DNA of 28,205 bases from a bacterium (lineage in GTDB: Bacteria > Hydrothermota > 32-111), in assembly GCA_046484245.1 (NCBI GenBank), contig JAWOBN010000107.1, positions 1 to 28,205 of the forward strand, written 5' to 3'. The position numbers and the translations under genes are program-made. The stretch's first letter is position 1; each line of letters opens with the position of its first letter. Positions 7,419-17,411 of the stretch are shown here, in pieces. The notes beneath the pieces are model-generated. The model worked only from the letters and a program-made list of their open reading frames with translations, had not been told where the DNA came from and searched no databases.

Positions 7419-8707
7419 TAGAGAGATATTCGCTGCCCGGAATGAAGGATCTCTGGTCAAGGGAGAATAGATACAGGAACTGGCTGAAGGTTGAACTTGC
7501 TGTATGCAGAGCATATTACCGCAGGGGGACAATACCGGCCGGTGCTATGGAAGAGATTGAAAGCAAGGCTGATTTTGACATAGATGAGATTGACAGAATT
7601 GAAAATGAAGTAAAGCATGATGTGATTGCATTCCTCACATCCGTAGCCAATCATGTAGGTGATTCATCCCGTTTCATTCACATGGGGCTTACAAGCAGTG
7701 ATGTTCTTGATACTGCCAATGCCCTGCTATTAAGAGATGCATCAGATATGATCATAGAATCCTCAGTGAAGTTCCGCCAACTGATGTTTGCAAAGGCTAA
7801 GGAATACAAGAGGATACCTGTAATCGGACGGTCACACGGTATTCATGCTGAACCCACGACAATAGGGCTTAAGATGCTTACATGGGTAGATGACCTTGAC
7901 CGTGCAATTGCATTGATGAAAGAGGCAAGGGACAATGTTGCGCGCGGCAAGATATCGGGAGCTGTGGGCAATTACGCCAATGTCAGTCCTGATATTGAAG
8001 AGGAAGTGATGAATGAACTGGGACTCAAAGCAGCATCTGTTTCTTCACAGATCGTCTCAAGGGATGTATATACTGATTATATATACGCTATTGCGCGCAT
8101 TGCATCAGTATTATCCAAGGCTGCACTTCAGATCCGCCTCCTGCAGAGAACAGAGACAAGGGAATTGGAAGAGCCTTTTACAAGTAAACAGAAGGGCTCG
8201 TCGGCAATGCCTCATAAGCGCAATCCTGTCATATGCGAGCGCATATGCGGTCTCACCCGTATTATAAAGAACAATCTGACAACAGCACTGGATAATATCA
8301 ATCTTTGGGATGAACGCGATATTTCGCATTCATCAGCAGAACGCATAATAATGCCTGACTGTTCAATACTCATTGATTATATGCTGAATAAGATGCAGTT
8401 TGTCATCAGTAATATGAAAATCTATCCTGAGAATGCTCTCAGGAATATTGACCATACGAATGGCCTCATATACTCACAGAAGGCATTGCTCAAAATGATA
8501 GAGACAGGTATAACGAGGGAGAAGGCATACAGGATTATACAGGAAAATGCTATGAAGTCCTGGGAGGACAAAACCCCTCTCAGGGATTTGCTGCTCAATG
8601 ATAAAAGAATTACTGCTCAACTCTCTGCAGGGGAGATAGAGTCAATATTTGACATTGAGCCTTTTTTAAAGAATATTGAGATCATATTTAACAGATTCGG
8701 AGAATAG
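7415..8707 (+). CDS. purB: adenylosuccinate lyase
   Basis: MIERY start, KHDVIAF, HMGLTSSDV, GRSHGIHAEPTT, signature GSSAMPHKRNP, ERDISHSSAER. Confidence 0.97.
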   Translation: MIERYSLPGMKDLWSRENRYRNWLKVELAVCRAYYRRGTIPAGAMEEIESKADFDIDEIDRIENEVKHDVIAFLTSVANHVGDSSRFIHMGLTSSDVLDTANALLLRDASDMIIESSVKFRQLMFAKAKEYKRIPVIGRSHGIHAEPTTIGLKMLTWVDDLDRAIALMKEARDNVARGKISGAVGNYANVSPDIEEEVMNELGLKAASVSSQIVSRDVYTDYIYAIARIASVLSKAALQIRLLQRTETRELEEPFTSKQKGSSAMPHKRNPVICERICGLTRIIKNNLTTALDNINLWDERDISHSSAERIIMPDCSILIDYMLNKMQFVISNMKIYPENALRNIDHTNGLIYSQKALLKMIETGITREKAYRIIQENAMKSWEDKTPLRDLLLNDKRITAQLSAGEIESIFDIEPFLKNIEIIFNRFGE

Positions 8708-8709
8708 TA

Positions 8710-9669
8710 TTGAAGATACTGGTGACAGGCGGACTGGGTTTTATTGGATTCAATCTATGCAATAGATTGACAGAAGAGAGCCATGATGTCTGTATAATTG
8801 ACTCCAAGGATTCAAGAAGCGGTTTCAATAAACTGCACAGTGAGATACTCAAAGAGAAGGGTGCAGTGATTATTGAAGATACAATAAGCAATACCGGTCT
8901 TCATGCCGGCAAGCTCAAAGACATAGATATTGTCTTCAATCTCGCCTCCCTCATAGGGCATATGGACAGTATGAAGAGGCCTGTAGAAGACCTGAAGGAG
9001 AATACTGCCGAGCATGTAGCTTTCCTTCAGTTTATGCGCACAATAAGACCCAGGAAAATCATTTATACTTCAACAAGGCAGATATACGGCAATCAGGAGA
9101 AAATGCCTGTTGATGAGAATACATGCCCCAAACCGGTTGATGTAAATGGTATCAATAAGTACACCACAGAACTCTATCACAGGGTTTACGGTGATGTCTA
9201 TGATTTTGAGCTCACAGTAATGCGTCTGACAAATATTTACGGTCCTGGTATGCATATAAGAGACAACAGATTATCATTTCTCGGCTGGTTCATAAACAGA
9301 GGATTGACAGGCAATGACATTGAAATATTCGGCAGTGGCAGGAATAGCCGTGATATGCTGTATATTGATGATCTGATAGAGACAATAATCCGGTCAATGG
9401 ACAGTGATTTCAGCGGTATAGTGAATATCGGGGGACCTGAGGAATCAACTATAATAGAGTCAGCTGAAATCATTGAAGAGTTATGCACTGAATGCAGTAT
9501 TGTGTTCAGGGAATTCCCTCAAGAGAGAAAGAAAATTGATATAGGGAATTTCATAACGGATAATACAAGAGCAAGGGATAATCTTGGCCATAATCCCAAG
9601 ACAGGATTGAAAGATGGGTTAAAAAGAACACTGGAGTATTTCAGGCAGTACAGGGAGTATTATATTTGA
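8710..9669 (+). CDS. NAD-dependent nucleotide-sugar epimerase/dehydratase (extended SDR, atypical active site)
   Basis: TTG start; ILVTGGLGFIG, FNLAS, STRQIYG, RLTNIYGP, RDMLYIDD. NGINK occupies the YxxxK position. Confidence 0.9.
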   Translation: MKILVTGGLGFIGFNLCNRLTEESHDVCIIDSKDSRSGFNKLHSEILKEKGAVIIEDTISNTGLHAGKLKDIDIVFNLASLIGHMDSMKRPVEDLKENTAEHVAFLQFMRTIRPRKIIYTSTRQIYGNQEKMPVDENTCPKPVDVNGINKYTTELYHRVYGDVYDFELTVMRLTNIYGPGMHIRDNRLSFLGWFINRGLTGNDIEIFGSGRNSRDMLYIDDLIETIIRSMDSDFSGIVNIGGPEESTIIESAEIIEELCTECSIVFREFPQERKKIDIGNFITDNTRARDNLGHNPKTGLKDGLKRTLEYFRQYREYYI

Positions 9670-10751
9670 TACCTTTTATTGATCTGACCAGAGATAAAGA
9701 TGATATGAAACTTATCAAAACACGGATAAACCGTATTCTTGATAAGGGCCATTATATACTGGGAAATGAGGTCAAATCATTTGAGGATGAATTTGCCGGT
9801 TTTACGGGGCACAAACATGCAATCGGTGTAGGCAGCGGCACTGATGCTTTAGCCATGATATTCAAATCAGTCAATGCGGGTACAACAGGTATATGCGCAG
9901 CCGCACCACTGCCCTGCGGGCAGGCTGCACGCATTGCAGGCTCTGATATTGTCTTTATTGACAGCAGACCCGATAATTCAGGTTTATTGTCCATTGAGGA
10001 CCTTGAGTCGAATGCAGATAAGATTGATACACTGCTCGCAGTACATCTATACGGAACACCGGAATATATGGATACTGTCAATGAAATATGCAGGGATAAT
10101 GATATTACTGTGATTGAGGACTGTTCGCAATCCGCAGGGACATATATCAATGGAAAGCATACAGGCGGATTCTCCATTGCATCGGCATTCTCATTCTACC
10201 CCACAAAGAATCTCGGAGCTATGGGTGATGCTGGAATGATTGTCACTGACAGCAGCCGATTGGCTGAAGAATACTCAAAGATGAGGAATTACGGACAGTC
10301 GGATATATATGCAGGGGAGATGTTCGGTGTGAACAGCCGGCTTGATGAATTGCAGGCATCAGTGCTTAATGTCAGGCTCAAATCCATAGAGACAAAGAAT
10401 TCGCGGCGCAGGTCCATTGCAGAATATTACAGCAAGCATATTGACAATGAGTTGATAACACTGCCTCCTGAGAGATATTTCCAATACGGCAATATGCATA
10501 TTTTCCCTCTGTTCACCGAAAAGAGGGAGGACTTGAAGCAGTATCTGACAGCTAACAATATTGGGTATTCAGTGCATTACCCTGTACCTCTCAGTGAACA
10601 GAAAGCATTCAGCAATTATCACAGGCATTGCCCCAATGCAAAGAGATTATCAAGCAGTGAACTCTCTATTCCCATTTTCCCTGATTTGACTGACAGTGAG
10701 GTTAAGACAATCGTCAATGTATTAAACGGGTTTTCAGATGAATGCAGATGA
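9666..10751 (+). CDS. DegT/DnrJ/EryC1/StrS family PLP sugar aminotransferase
   Basis: TTG start overlapping the upstream stop; GSGTDAL, VHLYG, IEDCSQS, FSFYPTKNLGAMGDAG (PLP Lys), GVNSRLDELQA, LSIPIFP. Confidence 0.93.
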   Translation: MIPFIDLTRDKDDMKLIKTRINRILDKGHYILGNEVKSFEDEFAGFTGHKHAIGVGSGTDALAMIFKSVNAGTTGICAAAPLPCGQAARIAGSDIVFIDSRPDNSGLLSIEDLESNADKIDTLLAVHLYGTPEYMDTVNEICRDNDITVIEDCSQSAGTYINGKHTGGFSIASAFSFYPTKNLGAMGDAGMIVTDSSRLAEEYSKMRNYGQSDIYAGEMFGVNSRLDELQASVLNVRLKSIETKNSRRRSIAEYYSKHIDNELITLPPERYFQYGNMHIFPLFTEKREDLKQYLTANNIGYSVHYPVPLSEQKAFSNYHRHCPNAKRLSSSELSIPIFPDLTDSEVKTIVNVLNGFSDECR

Positions 10752-11469
10752 ATTGAGATTTGTTGAACATAATGAGGAAAATCATTTTTATTTCAGGACA
10801 AAACGGAAGATCCTGCAGTATATGTATGATAAGCATATTGCAGGTGAAATTGATGGCCCGCAAATTCTGGATTTGTCATGTTCCACTGCCACAGACATGA
10901 AACTCTTTGACAATGTGACAGGTATGGATATTGACTTTCAGTCACTTGTTATTGCTAAAAGAATAAATATGCCCCTTGTGAACGGGGATGCAAACAGATT
11001 GCCGTTTCGGGATAATTCATTTGACATCATACTGGCAGTTGACCTGATTTCTGTTGAAGGTATTGATGAGAAAAGTGTTTTAAGTGAGATTGAAAGGGTG
11101 TTGAGACCGGGAGGATATCTCTATATCAATGTCCCTGCAATGAAGAAACTGTATTCCAGACATGACAGGACAGTAGGTAACAGGAAGAGATATGACAGAA
11201 AGGAAATTAAGAGTTTATTTGCTTCAAAGAAATGGAATATGATAGAATGTTCATACTGGTCATTTTTTGTACTGCCCCTTGTATTCATAAGAAGAAAGCT
11301 TATATCCCCGGTAATCGGCCGGGATTACAGGTCAGACCTTGTGGAGATACCATTTGTACTGAATACAGTCCTCAAGGCAGTGTACTCAGCAGAATTAAAT
11401 CTTTTCAAGATATCACTTCTTCCTGCTGGCATTTCACTCTTTGCTCTTTTGAAGTATAATGAAGAATGA
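10738..11469 (+). CDS. class I SAM-dependent methyltransferase (degenerate motif I)
   Basis: ILDLSCSTA, GMDID, GDANRLPFRDNSFD, RVLRPGG, NVPA..LYSRHD. Confidence 0.8.
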   Translation: MNADELRFVEHNEENHFYFRTKRKILQYMYDKHIAGEIDGPQILDLSCSTATDMKLFDNVTGMDIDFQSLVIAKRINMPLVNGDANRLPFRDNSFDIILAVDLISVEGIDEKSVLSEIERVLRPGGYLYINVPAMKKLYSRHDRTVGNRKRYDRKEIKSLFASKKWNMIECSYWSFFVLPLVFIRRKLISPVIGRDYRSDLVEIPFVLNTVLKAVYSAELNLFKISLLPAGISLFALLKYNEE

Positions 11470-12166
11470 AGAATTCACAAAAATCATAAAGCATCACAAG
11501 AGCCATTTCTGGTACAGATTCAGAAAGGGTATTGTAAGAGAATTCATCAGTAAGTTGGGAATCCGCCGCAAACCTGTGCTTGATATAGGATGCGGTACCG
11601 GAGTGGATATGCATGAGAATACTAATGCATTGGGTGCTGACATTGATTTTAATGCATTGAAGAATAATCCATATAAAGAGAGGGTGAACTGCCGGATAGA
11701 GTCCCTTCCATTTAAAGAACATTCATTCAATGCAGTATTGACCATGGATGTGCTGCAGCATGAAAGTGTGGATATACCCTGTGCAGTCCGGTCTGTTTAT
11801 AATGTACTCAAACCGGGGGGGTATTGGCTTATCAATGTCCCTGCAATGCCGTCACTGTATTCTTATCATGATATTGCTGTGGGGAATGGGATGAGGTTTT
11901 CACGGAATCAACTGGAAAAGGACACATCAGGATTATTCGCTGTCTATTTCAAAAGCCACTGGAATATGATAATGCTTCCCGGGGTTATGATTGCAAGGAT
12001 AATAAGAACCGCTCTATCGTCTCAACACCCCTCGGATCTGAAAACAATGCTGCCATTGACAGATAAAATACTTTTTAATATTCTCAGAATTGAGCATTAT
12101 TTCTTCAGGAAACAGCAGATCCCGGCAGGTCTATCTATATTCTATATACTGAGGAGAATCAATTGA
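11459..12166 (+). CDS. class I SAM-dependent methyltransferase
   Basis: VLDIGCGTG, GADID, LPFKEHSF, VLKPGG, NVPA..LYSYHD. Paralog of the upstream gene. Confidence 0.87.
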   Translation: MKNEEFTKIIKHHKSHFWYRFRKGIVREFISKLGIRRKPVLDIGCGTGVDMHENTNALGADIDFNALKNNPYKERVNCRIESLPFKEHSFNAVLTMDVLQHESVDIPCAVRSVYNVLKPGGYWLINVPAMPSLYSYHDIAVGNGMRFSRNQLEKDTSGLFAVYFKSHWNMIMLPGVMIARIIRTALSSQHPSDLKTMLPLTDKILFNILRIEHYFFRKQQIPAGLSIFYILRRIN

Positions 12167-13764
12167 GGAACAGACTACTGTTTTTTGCAGTTCTATTTAT
12201 CATCATGCTCGCCTCAGCAATATTCATAACAATTCATTATGATATTTATGCCTATCATCTCTGGACATACACTGCAACCGGCAATTCTGTATCCCAGCTG
12301 TATAACCCATCCCATTATTTCAGCAATGTCTGTTCATATCCCCCCCTTGGAGCATATATGTACATACTGCCCGGTAAGATAATGTCATATATTTCACCAT
12401 TGAAAGTAAATTCCGTACCCCTCATATTCCTCTACAAGATTATTCCTCTCTTGATTCTGATTGTGTTTATTTGGATATATCCTATCGGGGCGCGGATTCA
12501 CAGGTGGATTCTGGTTCTCCCCATAATTGTTTCAACACTTTTCGGCGGGTCCCTTGACATCGTAATCCTCGCACTTATGTTTGCAGGACTCAAATCCCTT
12601 GAAAGGGATAAACTGCACATGGGCCTCCTGCTTCTGATAATCCCCGTGTTTATCAAACAGACAGCATTCTTTATTTCACTGGCATTAATAATCCATTATT
12701 TCTTCAGAACAAAGCAATGGCGCGTTATTGCCTATTCTGCATTACACAGTATTCTTGTTTTTATCATTGTGTATTTCCCGATGATCATAAGAGGCAGTGT
12801 TATTATGTCATTACAGTCCTTATTCAAATACACTCTGCTCTCTTCGCCCCTGTCAGGATTAGCATTCAATCTGTATTCCCTTCTGCCCAATGCCCATCTG
12901 ATGGATTTCAATTATAAGCTGGGTCCGGTGTCAATAAAGACGATCTCCATAGGCATGATCCTGCTGACAATCATACTGCTTTCGTATGTAATGAGGAAAA
13001 GGAGTACAGCGATTACTGCAGTTATCTTCTCAATTATCTGGTTCAATTTCATGGTAGGCCTGAGAAATCAGCATATACTGTATCCATTATTCTTTCTCAT
13101 GACAGCATCACATATTATTATTGTAAGACGGCTGGCAATTATATACAGTATCATTGCTCTTGTTAATATACTGTCCACTTCATCCGTATTCATGATGAAT
13201 GTCTTCTCAATACCTGTTGCAGGAAGTGAACTGATAATATCCTTGTCAGCATTGCAGGTGATCATTTCAGTTTCAGTGATATACATATTGTCCGGACAGC
13301 ACGATTTGAGATTGAACTCAGTGCCTCTCCCGCGTACTATTTACATCTATGCATCAGTGGTCCTTTTCACTTTTCTCATTTCAGTAATGCCCGGTTATAT
13401 TGACAGAAGCGAGAAGAGTCTGGTCAAGGATATTATTCAGGATGAGCTTCTTATTGATTATTCCCGCAACAGATACATTGAGCCCAATGTTATTTCACTC
13501 AGCCCATTTGAGAATTTCCTCGGCATACGCATATCTCATAATGCCTTCTTCACATTCCTCAGTAGTGATATGAAAAATATGAGAATGAAGGCATACACGG
13601 AATTTACTGACAGTGGTGTTTTGGATATTAATGGTAAACAGTATGAGATTTCTTCCAGACCTGTAATTATAAACACAATACTGCAGTCAGATACAGTAAC
13701 TGTGCATTCACGAACAGAGCCCGGTTATAATCAGATTGCAATATATAATATTGAATATGAATAA
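12163..13764 (+). CDS. polytopic membrane protein, probable GT-C fold glycosyltransferase
   Basis: TTG start; many hydrophobic segments; Asp after TM1 (HYDI), YPP motif (SYPPLGAY), GGSLD and FIKQT, as in lipid-phosphate-sugar dependent GT-C transferases; soluble C-terminal domain. Confidence 0.65.
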   Translation: MRNRLLFFAVLFIIMLASAIFITIHYDIYAYHLWTYTATGNSVSQLYNPSHYFSNVCSYPPLGAYMYILPGKIMSYISPLKVNSVPLIFLYKIIPLLILIVFIWIYPIGARIHRWILVLPIIVSTLFGGSLDIVILALMFAGLKSLERDKLHMGLLLLIIPVFIKQTAFFISLALIIHYFFRTKQWRVIAYSALHSILVFIIVYFPMIIRGSVIMSLQSLFKYTLLSSPLSGLAFNLYSLLPNAHLMDFNYKLGPVSIKTISIGMILLTIILLSYVMRKRSTAITAVIFSIIWFNFMVGLRNQHILYPLFFLMTASHIIIVRRLAIIYSIIALVNILSTSSVFMMNVFSIPVAGSELIISLSALQVIISVSVIYILSGQHDLRLNSVPLPRTIYIYASVVLFTFLISVMPGYIDRSEKSLVKDIIQDELLIDYSRNRYIEPNVISLSPFENFLGIRISHNAFFTFLSSDMKNMRMKAYTEFTDSGVLDINGKQYEISSRPVIINTILQSDTVTVHSRTEPGYNQIAIYNIEYE

Positions 13765-15871
13765 AGTGTTGAATAACCGTATTATGCACATTGCCCTATT
13801 ACTTCTCATGACAGTGTTTGTCTTTTCTCCATTATTCAAAGGCAGGGTTCTGGCTGCAGGTGACCTGAATGATGAGACAGTCCCCTATAAATATTTGATA
13901 AAAGAGTCCCTTTTAAAAGGTGATATGACTGTACACGACAGTGGTATCGGACTGGGCTACCCTGTATACAGAAGCATATCTGCAGGTGTTTACAGCCCGT
14001 ATAATCTATTTTTACTGCTTCCCCTCCCGGTTCATCTAATAGTCAATCTCATGATACTTGCTGCTCTAATGCTTATTGTAATAGGGGCATATATATTAAT
14101 GAGGTATTTAAGCAAAAGTAGTGAGAGTGCTTTGCTCTTTGCTGTTATTGCCGGGTTCAGCACAGTAACTCTCGCAAGAATGGGGCATCTTGCAATAATC
14201 ACCGGATTATCCTTTGTCCCTCTTTTTGCATATGCAGCAGTCAGAATGATAAGGGCGAAGAATTTGAAATTTATGATATATTCGGTCATTTTGTTTTTCT
14301 TCATTGCTTCAGGGGGGCACCCCCAGTATATATTCATTGTTTTTGCTGTATTCATTGCACTGTCTTTCAAGAGGGAAAACCTGAAGATCATATCAGTATT
14401 CACGGCAAGTTGTGTAATGACAACAGCTGTAATATGGTTTCCTCTGCTGAAGTTAGCTGCAGAATCCGGCAGAAGCACAATGAATAATTTTATTATGAGT
14501 GACATAAAAAGTTCGCTTTATATGATATTCCCTTACATGCATTCAAAAATTGCAGGCGGCCTGCATTACCGGGGTCCCTATAATCTATATGAATCATATC
14601 CCTATTTTACATTACTGCCCTTTATTATTATTGTGAATATGAGAAAGGAAACTGTCACTCGTGCTGTGAAATCAAACAAGAGGCTTTTTATCACGAGTAT
14701 TATACTCATTGCACTTTCATTTGTCAAAGTTTCCGGTCTGGGTATATTCCTTACACCTGTCAGATATCTTCAGTTTGGGGTGATACTTTCTTTATTCATA
14801 TTAATAAGAAATTATGATTATCAAATTAATATCAAGAACACCGCCATTTCCACTGCATCTATTGCGGCTCTTATTATACTGATGTATCTGAGGGGTTTTA
14901 ATCCCCTCATGTTAGTATTATCAATTGTTCTCATTATCCTGTACATTATTGTTATTTTTCTTGTAAGACACAGAAACCTCAGCCCCGTATTCCTCGCAGG
15001 CATACTGTTCCTTGATCTGTGTATTGTGTCATCACAGTTTTATGGATTTGAGCCACTGGATAGAGTGAGGAATATATCAATGCCTGAACTGAAAAACAGT
15101 ACTGTTGTGACATATGTGCCAGAGTATTATGAATTCTATATTGATTATCTCAAGCATAATGAGGGATTTTCTCCTGAACTGAGTAAAGCATATACAACAT
15201 ACGGTAACAGGGGAGTGTATTATGACTGTAATTCAATCAATATATATAATTCCCTGAACAGAGAGGCATACATAGATTATTTTGATGACAGAACAATAAT
15301 GAGAGGCGGATTCTCCAATATGAACTATATTCTCAATCCGGACATTATCAAACCGCAATTCATCATTGTGCCGGACATCCCTGTCATTGAATCAATTGAT
15401 GACAGTCTAACAATCAGCACATTTGATTACCCGGGGGATTCACTGAGGATAATATTCACAGGTCAACTGAGTTTTGATATTGATACACATCCGGCAAATC
15501 CCGAGCACAGCTATTTAGCGGGCGTGGATGACATGAAAGCTGTTTACCTGAATTATACTGACAGTACAGGTATTACAGTAAGGGGCAGCGGCAGGATTTT
15601 GATGATAACAGACAAAAAGGGACAGGCAATTCATTATCCCGAATTTTTTGAATATATGGGATTTGTGAAGAAAAGAACAGGCCCATTTGCACTGATGGCA
15701 AGGCCGGATTCTAAAGAAAATGCGCGTATTATATTTAATCCCGGGGAAAAGGTAATTGTAGAGATGCTGTCCACAGAACTGCCCGGTGATCTTAAGACAG
15801 GTATAATCATCTCCGTATTCTCAATACTGTTGCTGCTTTGTGCAGGGATTATGAAGAGACTAATATTGTAA
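13757..15871 (+). CDS. YfhO-like polytopic membrane protein (GT-C type)
   Basis: GDL....P after TM1, GLGYP...AGVYSPYNL, MGH, GGHPQ, PVRY; many TMs, a large soluble domain and a C-terminal TM. The ATG at 13757 overlaps the upstream gene end. Confidence 0.7.
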   Translation: MNKVLNNRIMHIALLLLMTVFVFSPLFKGRVLAAGDLNDETVPYKYLIKESLLKGDMTVHDSGIGLGYPVYRSISAGVYSPYNLFLLLPLPVHLIVNLMILAALMLIVIGAYILMRYLSKSSESALLFAVIAGFSTVTLARMGHLAIITGLSFVPLFAYAAVRMIRAKNLKFMIYSVILFFFIASGGHPQYIFIVFAVFIALSFKRENLKIISVFTASCVMTTAVIWFPLLKLAAESGRSTMNNFIMSDIKSSLYMIFPYMHSKIAGGLHYRGPYNLYESYPYFTLLPFIIIVNMRKETVTRAVKSNKRLFITSIILIALSFVKVSGLGIFLTPVRYLQFGVILSLFILIRNYDYQINIKNTAISTASIAALIILMYLRGFNPLMLVLSIVLIILYIIVIFLVRHRNLSPVFLAGILFLDLCIVSSQFYGFEPLDRVRNISMPELKNSTVVTYVPEYYEFYIDYLKHNEGFSPELSKAYTTYGNRGVYYDCNSINIYNSLNREAYIDYFDDRTIMRGGFSNMNYILNPDIIKPQFIIVPDIPVIESIDDSLTISTFDYPGDSLRIIFTGQLSFDIDTHPANPEHSYLAGVDDMKAVYLNYTDSTGITVRGSGRILMITDKKGQAIHYPEFFEYMGFVKKRTGPFALMARPDSKENARIIFNPGEKVIVEMLSTELPGDLKTGIIISVFSILLLLCAGIMKRLIL

Positions 15872-17293
15872 TCAATTACCGGAAAAAATATAACGGATAA
15901 GCATCAAACCGCTTATGAATAATTCCTTGAATTGTTCCGGTGATCTCAAGCGTCTGATATATGAGAGAATAATCCGCGGCCTTAAATAGAATTCCCTGTA
16001 GATTTTCTTTGCCCAGTACCACATATTGTCTTCAGTAAAACCGTATGGGATAAATACGGGATTGAATGAACTCATCAATGAATAATCCTTTTTGAAAGTC
16101 CCGTAATTTTCAACACTGCTGTATATCTCAGAACCGGGATAAGGAGTGAAAAAGGCAATGCTCAGATCATCCAGAGGCAGTCCCTTTACAAAATCCAGAG
16201 TCTTGGTCATTGACGCTTCGGTTTCAAGGGGATTGCCGACCATAATAAAACCCTTCACATTGAGTCCGGTTTCCGATGCAATATTAACTGCTTTTTCAAT
16301 CTGAGGGAGTGTGATGCCCTTTTTGTAGAGATTGAGTATTTGCTGCTCTGCTGATTCAATGCCGAAATTTATCTGCCAGCAGCCTGCTTCATATATTGTT
16401 TCAAGTATTTCCCTGTTGACTGTATCAACCCTTGCCATACATGACCAGGAGATAGACCTATCCATATTCCTGATAATGCCGCATATAGCTCTGACCCTGT
16501 CGTGATTGACAAAGAAATTCTCATCATAGAAGAAAATACTCCTGATGGAGTATTTCTCAGTGAGGATCTTCAGCATCTTCTCTACATATTGCGGGCTGTG
16601 TTCTCTTATAATATGCCCGTGAACACTATTGTCGCAGAATGTGCATCTGCCGGGACATCCCCTTGCAGTCATCAGAAGCAGGGAAGGAAGCCTGTCCACT
16701 GTTTGTGTTGTTGCCCTGTAGTATTTCGGCAGATAAGGCAGAAGGTCAAATGCAGGCAAGGGGAGCTTGTCAATGTCTCTAATCACAGACCGCGGTCCTG
16801 TTGAAACAATACTGTCATCATTACGGTAAACAATACCTTTAATCCGTGAAATATCCCTGTTGCTCTTTATTGCTTCAAGGAGGTCTGTGAGTGCCTCCTC
16901 TCCTTCACCTGTTATACCGAAATCAAAAGCATTGCTGTACTGCATTGTTTCAATAGGCTTGGAGGTGACATGTACACCCCCTACAATTATCTTTACATCC
17001 GGCAATATATTCTTGATATGGTCTGCAACAATTGCTGCATTGGGGAGCAGCTGTGTTGTTATTGTTATGCCGATATAATCAGGATTGTAATCTGAGATTG
17101 CCTTCAATGTCTTGTCCATACCCCATATCAATGCCTGTGCATCCAGAATCCTTGTGTCATAGCCCATCTGCCTTGCATATGAGGCAAGGTAGCATAATCC
17201 GTAAGGCGGAGCTGTGTATCCTGCCTGTGCAAGCACTCCGTATCTTTCCTTTAATGTAAGAGGGGGATGGAGAAATAGAATTCTTTTATTCAT
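15872..17293 (-). CDS. cobalamin-binding domain radical SAM protein (class B methylase-like)
   Basis: N-terminal PPYGLCYLAS, GGVHVT, GEGE (B12-binding domain); ARGCPGRCTFC (CxxxCxxC), FYDENF, GIES, TPYPGS. Confidence 0.93.
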   Translation of the reverse strand: MNKRILFLHPPLTLKERYGVLAQAGYTAPPYGLCYLASYARQMGYDTRILDAQALIWGMDKTLKAISDYNPDYIGITITTQLLPNAAIVADHIKNILPDVKIIVGGVHVTSKPIETMQYSNAFDFGITGEGEEALTDLLEAIKSNRDISRIKGIVYRNDDSIVSTGPRSVIRDIDKLPLPAFDLLPYLPKYYRATTQTVDRLPSLLLMTARGCPGRCTFCDNSVHGHIIREHSPQYVEKMLKILTEKYSIRSIFFYDENFFVNHDRVRAICGIIRNMDRSISWSCMARVDTVNREILETIYEAGCWQINFGIESAEQQILNLYKKGITLPQIEKAVNIASETGLNVKGFIMVGNPLETEASMTKTLDFVKGLPLDDLSIAFFTPYPGSEIYSSVENYGTFKKDYSLMSSFNPVFIPYGFTEDNMWYWAKKIYREFYLRPRIILSYIRRLRSPEQFKELFISGLMLIRYIFSGN

Positions 17294-17316
17294 ATATTAC
17301 CAATTACTTTTTCAAT

Positions 17317-17391
17317 ATAGTATAGGTTTAATTATCCTTGTCAATATTGGAGGCAACTAAGTATTGATTATCCGTTTTAATTTGATATTAT
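17317..17391. promoter_or_regulatory. divergent sigma70-type promoters (radical SAM gene / M1 peptidase)
   Basis: Minus strand TTGACA (17344-17339)-16 bp-TACTAT (17322-17317); plus strand TTGATT (17364-17369)-16 bp-TATTAT (17386-17391) with a TG extension. Confidence 0.5.
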
Positions 17392-17411
17392 TATACAAAA
17401 ACGGAGTTAGG

